Assembly: GCA_963801355.1 (NCBI GenBank)
Contig: CAWDEM010000004.1
Location: forward strand, 1-64,000
Source of the DNA: Ignavibacteriota bacterium
GTDB taxonomy: Bacteria; Bacteroidota; Ignavibacteria; UBA10030; UBA6906
Direction: 5' to 3'
Length of the DNA: 64,000 bases
Shown: positions 29,662-39,304 of the stretch, one piece after another
Position numbering within the stretch: position 1 is the stretch's first letter
How the letters are laid out: the number at the start of each line of letters is the position of its first letter
Translations under genes and position numbers: made by a program
Notes under the pieces: model-generated
Seen by the model: only the letters and a program-made list of their open reading frames with translations
The model's database searches: none
Told to the model about the DNA's origin: nothing

Positions 29662-29702
29662 TGAGCATTCCGTCCGGGGCCTCGCGCCGAATTGTTGCAC
29701 AA

Positions 29703-29734
29703 CGACAGAAGGCGCCACACGGCGCCTTCTGTCG
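29703..29734 (+). terminator. Terminator-like hairpin
   Basis: CGACAGAAGGCGCC-acac-GGCGCCTTCTGTCG, 14-bp stem about 40 bp after the stop codon. Confidence 0.7.
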
Positions 29735-29736
29735 CT

Positions 29737-29865
29737 GTATGCCCAGCATGACGTATACCCTGGAGGTGAAAGCCCTCTCGAAAGCCGACCATAGCGAACG
29801 AAGCAAAGCAATACTGCGGAAAGGTGACTGACCGTGGGAAGGAAGCGAGGAGCGCAACCGAACGC
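29737..29865 (+). mobile_element. 5' fragment (domain I) of a group IIC intron, truncated
   Basis: GTATGCCCAGCATG (cf. GTGCGCCCAGCATG), GGTGAAAGCCC, CGACCATAGCGAACGAAG and GTGGGAAGGAAGCG motifs. Starts 2 nt after a terminator hairpin; no RT ORF follows. Confidence 0.65.
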
Positions 29866-30354
29866 GCAGGGAAAAGCGACCTGATGGAAATGGTAGTGCG
29901 ATGCACAGAGTCCACCCCAGATCACAAATTCACCAACTGAATTGGCGTTCCCCAGAATATCTCTTGCGGTAGTACAACTGACAGGGCTTTATCTGGATGA
30001 TTCATACTTGACATTGGTACGGCTATTCCCTAGCATTTGCACATTGAACCGCATCCTCGCGGAAGAAGTACGGGGGAAAATGAGAGGAGGCCTCTTCTGT
30101 CCGATTGATGGAGAGGCTTTTTTGTTCACGGCGTTGCGACCTCAGTACCGAAAGCACACTCCCTACGTCAGGTGGCCAATGCCTGACACACGGAATAAGC
30201 AAACGCATTATTCACACACAGACCGAGGGCTGGTCAGCTAGGTTTGGGGCTTTTGATAAACGATATTCGTACCACCACGAAGTGGAAGCAGGGCAACTGT
30301 CAGCAGGGAAACCACGGGCAAGAGAATAGAACAAACATCAGAACGAAGGTCCTC

Positions 30355-31377
30355 ATGACGAAACGGCGTGTAGGAAAAACAGCGGCTTTTGTGGGACTTG
30401 GCCTTCTCAGCTTGGCGTGCCTCTTTGTGTATTGGCCATTGGCCTATGAGAACCCCCAGTTTCCCGGTAACAAAAGTTTCGCCCTGACGATTTTTGATGA
30501 TACAGACCGTGGCACCGTCGAAAACACGAAGCCTGTGTACGATCTGTTGTCTGAGTTAGGAATTCTGACGACAAAATCAGTATGGGTGTTGCCTTCCAAT
30601 GACATTCGGCGGCGTTCGAGCAAATCTCTTAGCGATGCAGAGTATCTTTCATACGTCATTGGACTGAGGGACAAAGGATTCGAAATCGCCTTGCATGGTG
30701 TGCGCGATGGTAGTTCAACACGCGGAGATATTTCCGTGGGAATGGAACAATTTCGAGTAGCAATCGGCCGATATCCTCTCATTCATGTGAACCATGTGGG
30801 CAATGCCGAGAACCTTTATTGGGGGAGAAAACGGCTCGACATTTGGCCTCTGAACATGTTCTATGCTTTCGCAAGACCCAGCAGCGAAGGCAGATTCCTA
30901 GGAGATGAGGATACGTCCGAGTATTTTTGGGGAGATATCATCAAAGACAAGATTCGTTATGTTCGCAACTTCACTTTCCACGAAATCAACACGTACAAGT
31001 TGAACCCGTCCATGCCGTATCATGATGACTCTAAACCTTATGTAAATGGATGGTTCTCCTCTTCCGATGCGCACAACGTTCAAGCGTTCAACGACCTACT
31101 CAAAAAGGAAAATCTTGACCGCTTGGAACAAGAACACGGAACATGTATCATCTATACTCACTTCGCGTTTGGTTTCGTAGTGAACGGCGTCGTCAATGAC
31201 ACGGCGAAGGCTCGATTGCTCGATCTGTCGAGAAGAAACGGTTATTTCGTTCCCGTAGGTGAGCTTCTTCGATTCCTTGAGGATCGGAACAGGGGCAGTC
31301 AACCGCTTCGCTTCAGGGAAAGAGTTCAGTTGCAAGTGCGCTGGGTCATCGAGAAGGCACTGTCTGGCACATCTTAG
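30355..31377 (+). CDS. Membrane-anchored polysaccharide deacetylase-like (NodB/GH57-type barrel) protein
   Basis: N-terminal TM segment; FALTIFDDTD; GFEIALHG; HVNH; CIIYTHF...FVPVGELL. Confidence 0.6.
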   Translation: MTKRRVGKTAAFVGLGLLSLACLFVYWPLAYENPQFPGNKSFALTIFDDTDRGTVENTKPVYDLLSELGILTTKSVWVLPSNDIRRRSSKSLSDAEYLSYVIGLRDKGFEIALHGVRDGSSTRGDISVGMEQFRVAIGRYPLIHVNHVGNAENLYWGRKRLDIWPLNMFYAFARPSSEGRFLGDEDTSEYFWGDIIKDKIRYVRNFTFHEINTYKLNPSMPYHDDSKPYVNGWFSSSDAHNVQAFNDLLKKENLDRLEQEHGTCIIYTHFAFGFVVNGVVNDTAKARLLDLSRRNGYFVPVGELLRFLEDRNRGSQPLRFRERVQLQVRWVIEKALSGTS

Positions 31378-31496
31378 TTGAGGTCGGTTCCAACCGTGCA
31401 TCATTTTGATGGAGCTGTAGACGTTGCTGCTATTCATCGCCATGCCAAAGCGTGACACTTGCTGGAGGGGTTCGACACTTCCAAGAACATGCGACA

Positions 31497-31790
31497 TGAT
31501 CTGACCCTGTGATGAAGCTGCAGAATACGCTGGGATTCTGCTCTTCGTATCGTGGCCTATTTCGGACGTAAGTTTCTTGTTGTACTAGCACTTCCGAGGA
31601 GGAGGACCACGCGATGAAGATGCGCTCCTTTGAAGCACAGGTTGCTGTTGCCTTGCGCCAAGCTGCCTCAGGCCCTCCGGTCAGTGAGATCACACGGAAG
31701 ATGGAAGTGTCCGGTGTGACATTCTACCGGTGGAAGAAGCTCTATGCCAACTTGGTTGTGGCTGAGATTCGGCGGCTCAAGCAACTTGAT
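31497..31790 (+). mobile_element. IS3-family (IS407-like) remnant: possible left end and truncated OrfA
   Basis: TGATCTGACCC candidate end; HTH EAQVAVALRQ...EITRKMEVSGVTFYRWKKLY...EIRRLKQL; no integrase OrfB. Confidence 0.7.
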
Positions 31791-31988
31791 GTTAATTGCA
31801 GACGCTCTTGGCTTTCATCCCGACCACAAACGATTGCCTCAAGGTCCTTGATTATGGATGCGCTGCGGGTGGCTACCTGGAACTCCTTGCGGATAGAGAG
31901 TGGGACAGACGACGATTGAGCCAACGAGGCGCGAGCCAATTTCTAGTACTCTCGAAGTGATCCATTTTCCCCAGAAGGAAGCAGACAT

Positions 31989-33305
31989 ATGATTAACTTC
32001 CGTCTTTGGCCATCGAATCAGAAATGGCAGTCACTCGAGCAGAGCCTTCGGAGAAGCTTTCTGAGCGCCTGTGCAATCTTGGCACTTGCATCTGTTATTG
32101 GCATTCTTAGGTCTGGCCCAACTCAGAGAGATCTTATGCTTGAAGAGATGGTGAAGGCCCATATCGAGCAGGGCTTAACGGGCACAAAGGGATTCAACGT
32201 AGCCACGCGTTGGCTCACTACCAAGACCGATGTCTTCCTAAATGGCCACCCAGTTTATGCTTCGAGCCCGCCCTTGTATTCTCTGGTTTCCATACCTCTT
32301 TACGTGGCCATGGGCAACAATTGGAGAGCGATCAGGATGACCCCTGTGATTCTAGCCTTCATTTACCTCTATGGGGTTTTCATCCTTGCCGTTTCGTCCC
32401 TTCGTATGAAAAGGCGGTACTTGCTAGTGCTTTTTGCGCTATCTCCTATGATCCTTATCTATGCGACCGAGTTGGAAATAAACACTGGCACGGTAGGTCT
32501 GGCGTTGCTGTGTTATGTTTGCATTCTGGAATTTCTCAAGAACTATCGGCTCGGTTGGATTCTGTGGGCGGCACTCTTCTATTTACTTGCATTCTGGACT
32601 TCGTATCTTGCTGCCTCGGTTTCTTTGCCTATCCTTGCGCAACTTCTCTTACACCCAGAGCTGCCTCGATCAAAACGTTTGTCATCGGCCCTGCTTTGGG
32701 TCGCGTTTGTGGTTCTAGGAGTGGGTTTGGCTGTTTTGCATTTGTCGTTGATTCCTGGCGCTCTCTCGGATGTCCTCCCACGTATCACACTGCGATTCTC
32801 TGGACACCTCGAGGCCGAAAAGGTCAACATGATTCCCTTTACGTCCTTTGTGCTTCGACAGACTGTGCGGGTGTTGACTCATTTTACCCCCATTGAGTTG
32901 CTTCTTGCTCTGGTTGCGGTTGTTCGCTCCATCGTCGTTTTTGGAAGTGCACTAATTCGCCGAAGGCAACTTGATACTCAGGAAGGACTTCTGAATGCTA
33001 TCAATGTGCAGTTGTTTTCCTGGGGGTTTCCATTTGGAGTTATCGCTATCAACGTCGCATACATACATCCACACACATTGCACTACTTCTCCCCCTTCTT
33101 TGCCTTTGGTTCTATGGTTGGGCTAGATTGGCTTCTACAGAAGCTAAGATCAGAGAAAGCAAGGGGAGTAGCAGCCCTCACAACAGTTGTGATCTTCATC
33201 ATACTCTCTTTCGCTCGAACTGCCTACACTGTTTCTGGCCAAGGGCTGCCTGAGCTGCTTGGTCAACTATTGCCGAAAACCTGGATGTCAGCAATGGGTT
33301 GGTAG
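31989..33305 (+). CDS. Polytopic GT-C (ArnT/PMT-like) glycosyltransferase
   Basis: About 10 hydrophobic segments; YASSPPLY loop motif; clustered with a DPM1-like GT2. Confidence 0.6.
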   Translation: MINFRLWPSNQKWQSLEQSLRRSFLSACAILALASVIGILRSGPTQRDLMLEEMVKAHIEQGLTGTKGFNVATRWLTTKTDVFLNGHPVYASSPPLYSLVSIPLYVAMGNNWRAIRMTPVILAFIYLYGVFILAVSSLRMKRRYLLVLFALSPMILIYATELEINTGTVGLALLCYVCILEFLKNYRLGWILWAALFYLLAFWTSYLAASVSLPILAQLLLHPELPRSKRLSSALLWVAFVVLGVGLAVLHLSLIPGALSDVLPRITLRFSGHLEAEKVNMIPFTSFVLRQTVRVLTHFTPIELLLALVAVVRSIVVFGSALIRRRQLDTQEGLLNAINVQLFSWGFPFGVIAINVAYIHPHTLHYFSPFFAFGSMVGLDWLLQKLRSEKARGVAALTTVVIFIILSFARTAYTVSGQGLPELLGQLLPKTWMSAMGW

Positions 33306-33385
33306 GATAATCCAGGCAATTGGGGTTGAGGCTTTGTCCTTGGGCTGACCTCTTTTTTCTGTGATTATCAACCTTCAGGTACTCC

Positions 33386-34105
33386 ATGGAAATGCACCAT
33401 ACGCAAGCCCCCGAATACTTCGGCCGGGACCTTGAAGCAATGTGGTTCGCACGGAACTACTATGCATGGGTATTCGACGAATTCCGGCCCTTCCTGGGGA
33501 AGAACGTGGGGGAAGTGGGAGCTGGGTCAGGAACCTTTGCGGACTTCGTTCTCAAGGCCGGGGTAAGTACCCTTGTCGCGTTTGAACCATCTGCAAATAT
33601 GTTTCCGCTTCTCCAACAAAGGCTCTCCCGGTGTCATGCAGCACTTGCGGTGCAAGGTTTTCTTGAGACACACGCACGGGCCTATAGGGAAGCTTTCGAT
33701 TCAATCTTGTACGTCAATGTCCTGGAACATGTGGAATACGACGCGCAAGAACTCAGCATTGCCAGAACAACTCTGCAGCCAAATGGTTACCTCCTAGCTC
33801 TTGTTCCTGCCCAACCTTGGCTCTATAGCGACTTCGACCGGCACGTGGGCCATTTCAGGCGCTACACCAAAAGGGGCCTGAGAAAACTGGTGGAATGCAA
33901 TGGTTTTTCGATCGTTGAGCTAAAGCACTTCGATGTAGCCGGGATTATACCGTGGTATGTTGCGTATGTTCTGCTGAAACGCACTTTGACTAGTGGAAAT
34001 GTTTCCGCATACGACTCGATCATTGTGCCGGTCATGCGAAGAATCGAGCAGCTCGTGCCACCACCGATAGGGAAAAGTCTCATCCTCATTGCGAGGAAGA
34101 TCTGA
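33386..34105 (+). CDS. Class I SAM-dependent methyltransferase
   Basis: EVGAGSG; FDSILYVNVLEHVE; LVPA...D..VGHFRRY. Confidence 0.88.
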   Translation: MEMHHTQAPEYFGRDLEAMWFARNYYAWVFDEFRPFLGKNVGEVGAGSGTFADFVLKAGVSTLVAFEPSANMFPLLQQRLSRCHAALAVQGFLETHARAYREAFDSILYVNVLEHVEYDAQELSIARTTLQPNGYLLALVPAQPWLYSDFDRHVGHFRRYTKRGLRKLVECNGFSIVELKHFDVAGIIPWYVAYVLLKRTLTSGNVSAYDSIIVPVMRRIEQLVPPPIGKSLILIARKI

Positions 34106-34185
34106 GCAGAGGTGACGGCCATAAATCCGCCCGATACGCAGTCCTATTTCCGCCATCCAAACCAGGAAAATGGAGAATAGGTCCT

Positions 34186-34899
34186 ATGCTTCTTTCTGTG
34201 ATAGTCCCAGTTTACAACGAACAAGATCATGTGGACCAACTTCTTCAAAGGGTCACCGCGGTTGATCTGCAGCCGCTAGGGCTCTCGATGGAAATCATTG
34301 TCGTGGATGATTGCTCGACTGACAGGACTCCCTATGTTCTCAAGAACTGGAAAGACCGGGGTTCGATCATTCTTCTTAAACACTCAAAGAACCGGGGGAA
34401 GGGGGCGGCACTTCGCACGGGCTTTGGCCATGCAAAAGGGGAGATTGTTCTTGTCCAAGATTCCGACCTCGAGTATGATCCAAATGAGTACACAAAGTTG
34501 CTCAATCCAATAGTGCAGGGGAATGCAGACGTTGTATTCGGTTCCCGGTTCATGGGAGGAGAGGCTCACCGTGTACTTTTCTTCTGGCACTCCGTCGGCA
34601 ACAAGTTTCTCACGCTTCTCTCCAATGTCTTCACCAACCTCAACCTCACAGATATGGAGGTGTGCTATAAAGTCTTTCGGTCGGAAGTTGTACGTCAGAT
34701 TGACATAAAGGAAAAGGGGTTTGGATTCGAGCCTGAAATCACCGCGAAATGTGCGAAGCTGGCCAGGAAAAAGGGAATCCGCATCTTTGAGGTAGGTATT
34801 TCGTACAGCGGGAGAACCTATGCAGAAGGCAAGAAAATTGGCTGGAAGGACGGGTTCCATACACTCTGGTGCATCCTGAGGTATAATCTGGCTTCGTAA
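34186..34899 (+). CDS. GT2 polyprenol-phosphate glycosyltransferase (DPM1-like)
   Basis: LSVIVPVYNE; VVDDCSTD; NRGKGAA; QDSDLEYDP; FGFEPEIT; GKKIGWKDG. Confidence 0.92.
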   Translation: MLLSVIVPVYNEQDHVDQLLQRVTAVDLQPLGLSMEIIVVDDCSTDRTPYVLKNWKDRGSIILLKHSKNRGKGAALRTGFGHAKGEIVLVQDSDLEYDPNEYTKLLNPIVQGNADVVFGSRFMGGEAHRVLFFWHSVGNKFLTLLSNVFTNLNLTDMEVCYKVFRSEVVRQIDIKEKGFGFEPEITAKCAKLARKKGIRIFEVGISYSGRTYAEGKKIGWKDGFHTLWCILRYNLAS

Positions 34900-35066
34900 A
34901 GCCCCGATCAGAGCCTAAGATGCTCGGACAAGATATTCCTGCGTGTGATACACTCGAAGTGGTGAAATTGGCAGACACAAGAACTAACACTGAATTTGGA
35001 CCCACGATGGGGGTAAGTACCCATAGCAATTCCACAAACTAATTCTTCGATCATCTTTCAGGGTGT

Positions 35067-36602
35067 CATCTTTAAAAAGGACAAAGTCAAGAGGGTAAGA
35101 TCTCCCGGGGCGAACTTTTCACGAAGAGTTCGCCATGATTCAGTGTAGTTGCGACTTTGACGAGTGTGCCACATGCCACGAGCCGTTCGATTCTCGTTCC
35201 CCGAGGCGCCAACGGCGGCCAGGCATCTTTCGGGGCTTATCAGTGATCCTTACAAAACAGATCACTGCATCGCACACGTTAGGTGCGACCATCCCAGAGG
35301 TTTTCATCGGCACAACACCCGACTTCCCAATCAGGTCAGCGGCCTCGCAAATGCGCGTGCCAGCCCCCACGCCCGGGCTTGTCGGGTGTGGCCGTGGCGC
35401 TCCAAACAGACTCCCACTACGCTTCTCTCGGCCAGGTTGCCGACGAAGATGATAGATTTTCGGTGAGACGATCTGCGGAGCAAACTGCGCCTGGCGTGGC
35501 CAGGCACATGATTTCTGGCGACTGACGGGCTTGCCCTTGAAGCCTCGAAAGACTTCCTTGTCCTTGAGTATGTGATAGACGATTCGCGCAAGTTCTTTGG
35601 CAACGACTGTATGCGCGATGGCCTTGTTGGAACGTCAGAGGATCTTCTGGTAGAAGGCCCTGATCTCCGGGTAGTACCGCTTTGGCATGGACTGCAGCAT
35701 CGGTGAATGCAATCTTCAGGTATCTGTTCCCGTCTTTGCTCCCGGACTTCTGTCGACTCGACCGATTAGAGTTTTTTGCTCCGGGCACAAGGCGAGCAGT
35801 ACGAGAAGAAGTGTTTCTCGTCGGGAAGCGCTCGATCTGATCGATCTCCAGATACACCGAAAGAGCAGTGAGAAGCCCGACGGCCGGAACCCAGAGGAGG
35901 CGTTGAATGTCTTCGTTCGCGAATCAGTTCGGGACGAATCGTTTGCTCGAGCTCTTTGATCTGACGGTTGAAAGGCTGAATCTTGGTCCGTGTGCCACCG
36001 CATCTGGATCTTGTAGGGCTGCGGTAGATGATCGGGAGAAACACCGTCTTTCGGGTCGATTGCCGCTATTGAATTTCTCTCCGATCCGATGGATGGAGTT
36101 CTTTGAGGAGGTCCTCCTCTGGATGAGCCGGAGTCGAGTACGCATCGTGTCTCGGAGGCCCCGAAGTTCGGGACGGATCTTATGTGCCTGGGGAATGAAG
36201 TCCATGCGGAGAAGTTGCGCCAAGGTGCAGGAGTCCACCTTGTCGGTCTTCACCTTCGCATAGGCGATCGCCTTGATATATTTGGCATGAGCAAGCACAA
36301 GCTCAATCCCGTGTGCTTCCAGATAGATCGCTCAACCAGTACCAGTTGGCTGTCGATTCCACGACTGCCCGGTGGGGTCCGGGAAGGCCATGAAAGTAGT
36401 CGAGGATCAGGGCCGGTTCGTTCCGCATCCTTGCTCTCTTGACCACTGCTCCTGCATCATTGACTGTCGTGAGAAAGCAGTTGTCTTTATGGTCGTCGAT
36501 TCCTGTGCAGTACATGTGGACCTTCTGAGATTGTGGTTGAACGATGCCTCCTTTCCATGTCGTGCAATGTGCATACTCGGGAGGTTCCTTTTTGGCAACA
36601 TC
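35067..36602 (-). mobile_element. IS110-family element of IS1111 type; transposase (~35480-36515) degenerate
   Basis: GIDDHK, VESTANWYW, KTDKVDS and SKDGNRYLK motifs across frames. Sub-terminal inverted repeat AAAAAGGA (35074-35081) / TCCTTTTT (36586-36593); CATC at both ends; long 3' non-coding end. Confidence 0.85.
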
Positions 36603-36879
36603 AGGTCAGTTCGAGGATTGAAGAAATGTAGGATCTGCGTATGTACAGAGATTGGTGACAGATGCAGTTCTTTCTCTGCAAAGGGGCCTTGAATCCGTAG
36701 TTATGGTAATAATTCTCAAGATCACGAACGGAGAGGATGAACTATTTGTGGTTTTCTGCTTTTACTTCTGTATATTATGAAGAGTGGTACGAAGAATGCT
36801 TGTACTGCAATTCTAGAGAGAGCAGGACAAAGAAGTATGGTGCAGTTGATAGCAGTCAAGTGATGTAAGGAGAGAAGAG

Positions 36880-39183
36880 ATGAGACAACGTACAGTTGTT
36901 TTTCCAGCACTTGTTCTGATCCTTGTTATGACACGTGGTGCACAAGGTCAGGTAATCAATCACAATCACACAGACTTCAATTCGATTCCTGTTCGCTATC
37001 TTGATCAAGCTCGCTCTCAGTTACATTTTATACTCGAGGGTGCATCACACTCAACTCAAATACCCGTTGGTTTAGCAGCATTAGCAGGATGGGATAGTAA
37101 GTTTTCTGTTCCGGCGAGTATGATTCGTAGTGATGTGGGTGATAATGTGACTTTAGGTACCGGCAATCATGGACAGACTCTAAATTTTCATGAGTGGGCA
37201 ACGCTTGTACGGGGGGTTCTCAAAACTCCCGGCAATGGCATAAATGCTGTTTTATGGATGTGGTGTGGAGAACTGATTGAGAATCCTATAGATTCTGTTA
37301 ATGTATATTTGAGTTTGATCGGTCAACTTGAAACAGACTATCCATCTGTAAAGTTTGTGTATGCAACTCAGCACACATGGGGAAAGGGACCAGGTGATTT
37401 ACTCACTACAAATAATGCTGCTATTCGCAATTATTGCATTGCAAATGGAAAGATGCTCTATGATTTTGAAGATATTGAATGCTACGATCCAGATGGGTTA
37501 GTAAACTACCTACAGTATCATGTGGACGATTTCTGTGACTACTACGCTCCTACTAAACATAACTGGGCAGACGAGTGGATTGCTGCAAATCCTTCATCAT
37601 ATCTTACTGCCATAGCAAGAACGATATGTGATGGTTGCTGTGCTCATTCAAAAGGACTGAATTGTGTACAAAAAGGTGGTGCATTCTGGTGGTTGGCTGC
37701 ACGATTAGCTGGATGGGATGGCACGACAGGAACAGTTGGTGCACCGGGAAGTGTAATTCTGGTCGTCCCCGCTGACAACGTAACAGGTCAGGGGGTCAAC
37801 CCCACGTTACGCTGGCTTTCCACTGCCGATGCGACATCCTACTGGCTCCAGGCCGGCACCAGCAGCAGCTTCACCTCCGGCATTGTCTTCTCCGACTCCA
37901 CTCTTACCGAAACCGCAAAGTCCTTGAGTGGCCTGTCGAACGACACGAAGTACTATTGGCACGTCCGGGCCAAGAACGCCAGCGGTGCCGGGGCATTCTC
38001 CCCAACCTGGTCCTTCACCACAACCGGGGGAAGCCCTGCCGCAACGGTGCTGCGCATTCCGGCAGACAACGCAACAAATCAGGGGCTCACTCCTGCGTTG
38101 TTCTGGCTTCGCACTCCCGGTGCGACATCCTACTGGCTCCAGGCCGGCACCAGTAGCACCTTCACCTCCGGCATTGTCTTCTCCGACTCCACCCTTACTG
38201 ACACCGTGAAGTCCTTGAACGGCCTCTCAAACAACACGAAGTACTACTGGCACGTCCGTGCCAAGAACGCCAGTGGCGCTGGCGCATTTTCCCCAACCTG
38301 GTCCTTCACGACAATAGCTCCCGTTCCCCCCGTGATTACGCTGATAGCGCCTTTGAACAATGCGAGCGTCTCAAGCGACAGCATCAAGTGTGTTTGGCGA
38401 ATCTCCCCATCATGGTGGGACTGGTTTGAAATCTCAACGGATTCCTTGTTTGTCTCTTCGTCGTCTATCGACTCCGCGCTCACCGACACAACAAAAGTGG
38501 TTCGCAACCTTCGCAACAACACGCCGTATTACTGGCGTGTGCGCGGCGGGAATCTTGCAGGTTGGGGACCATTCTCCCTAACCTGGACCTTCACCACGAC
38601 CGGCTCTGTTCCCGGAGTGATTCCGCTGATAACGCCCGTCAACAACGCAAGCGTTTCAAGTGACACTGTCAAATGTGTTTGGGGAGCCTCCCCCTCCTCG
38701 TGGGACTGGTTTGAGATCTCAACGGATTCCTTGTTTGTCTCTTCGACGTCAGTCGATTCCGCGGTGATGAGCTGCACGAAAGTGGTTCGCAACCTGCGCG
38801 ACAACACGCTGTACTACTGGCGTGTGCGCGGAGGGAATCTTACAGGTTGGGGACCGTTCAGCGAACGGCGTAGTTTCAAGGTGTCATATACTGCGGTACG
38901 CGATCAGTACGGTATCCCCCCCACCTTCGCGCTGAACCAGAACTACCCGAATCCGTTCAACCCATCGACGCAGATCGCCTTCGACATCCCCAGGGAAACC
39001 CGCGTGAAGCTCGAGGTGTATAATGTTCTCGGGGCACGGGTGCTGACGTTGGAGGACCGCATCATGTCCGCCGGGTATCACAGCGCTACAGTGCAGGCCG
39101 GCTCCCTTCCGAGCGGGCTCTACCTGTACCGCTTGACAACCCCGGAAGCCTCACTCACCCGGAAGATGTTGCTTATGAAATAA
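36880..39183 (+). CDS. Secreted SGNH-like domain + four FN3-like repeats + T9SS CTD protein
   Basis: Signal peptide; GASHSTQI, WMWCGE, LYDFEDIECYDPDG and CAHS motifs; two FN3 pairs (offsets 291 and 285 bp); NQNYPNPFNP tail. Confidence 0.8.
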   Translation: MRQRTVVFPALVLILVMTRGAQGQVINHNHTDFNSIPVRYLDQARSQLHFILEGASHSTQIPVGLAALAGWDSKFSVPASMIRSDVGDNVTLGTGNHGQTLNFHEWATLVRGVLKTPGNGINAVLWMWCGELIENPIDSVNVYLSLIGQLETDYPSVKFVYATQHTWGKGPGDLLTTNNAAIRNYCIANGKMLYDFEDIECYDPDGLVNYLQYHVDDFCDYYAPTKHNWADEWIAANPSSYLTAIARTICDGCCAHSKGLNCVQKGGAFWWLAARLAGWDGTTGTVGAPGSVILVVPADNVTGQGVNPTLRWLSTADATSYWLQAGTSSSFTSGIVFSDSTLTETAKSLSGLSNDTKYYWHVRAKNASGAGAFSPTWSFTTTGGSPAATVLRIPADNATNQGLTPALFWLRTPGATSYWLQAGTSSTFTSGIVFSDSTLTDTVKSLNGLSNNTKYYWHVRAKNASGAGAFSPTWSFTTIAPVPPVITLIAPLNNASVSSDSIKCVWRISPSWWDWFEISTDSLFVSSSSIDSALTDTTKVVRNLRNNTPYYWRVRGGNLAGWGPFSLTWTFTTTGSVPGVIPLITPVNNASVSSDTVKCVWGASPSSWDWFEISTDSLFVSSTSVDSAVMSCTKVVRNLRDNTLYYWRVRGGNLTGWGPFSERRSFKVSYTAVRDQYGIPPTFALNQNYPNPFNPSTQIAFDIPRETRVKLEVYNVLGARVLTLEDRIMSAGYHSATVQAGSLPSGLYLYRLTTPEASLTRKMLLMK

Positions 39184-39214
39184 TGCGGGATTCAAGAAAA
39201 GCAGAACTGGCAAT

Positions 39215-39238
39215 AGAAGGCCCGGGTCCGGGCCTTCT
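39215..39238 (+). terminator. Terminator-like hairpin
   Basis: AGAAGGCCCG-ggtc-CGGGCCTTCT followed by gcatttt. Confidence 0.6.
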
Positions 39239-39304
39239 GCATTTTATGTGCTGCAAATCGGGTTCTTGCTTCTCCAGCCTTTTTGGGGTATGTTTCCACA
39301 TTCC

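Larger units (their letters stand above)
29070..39183. repeat. Direct repeat of ~590 bp (29070-29661 and 38592-39183, offset 9522) encoding FN3 + CTD
   Basis: Direct comparison; proteins nearly identical from VPGVIPL to RKMLLMK. Confidence 0.9.

Noticed and set aside
37830-38860. CRISPR array or non-coding repeat
   Set aside because: Repeats are 285-291 bp in-frame FN3 domain duplications with no repeat-spacer pattern; no cas genes seen.
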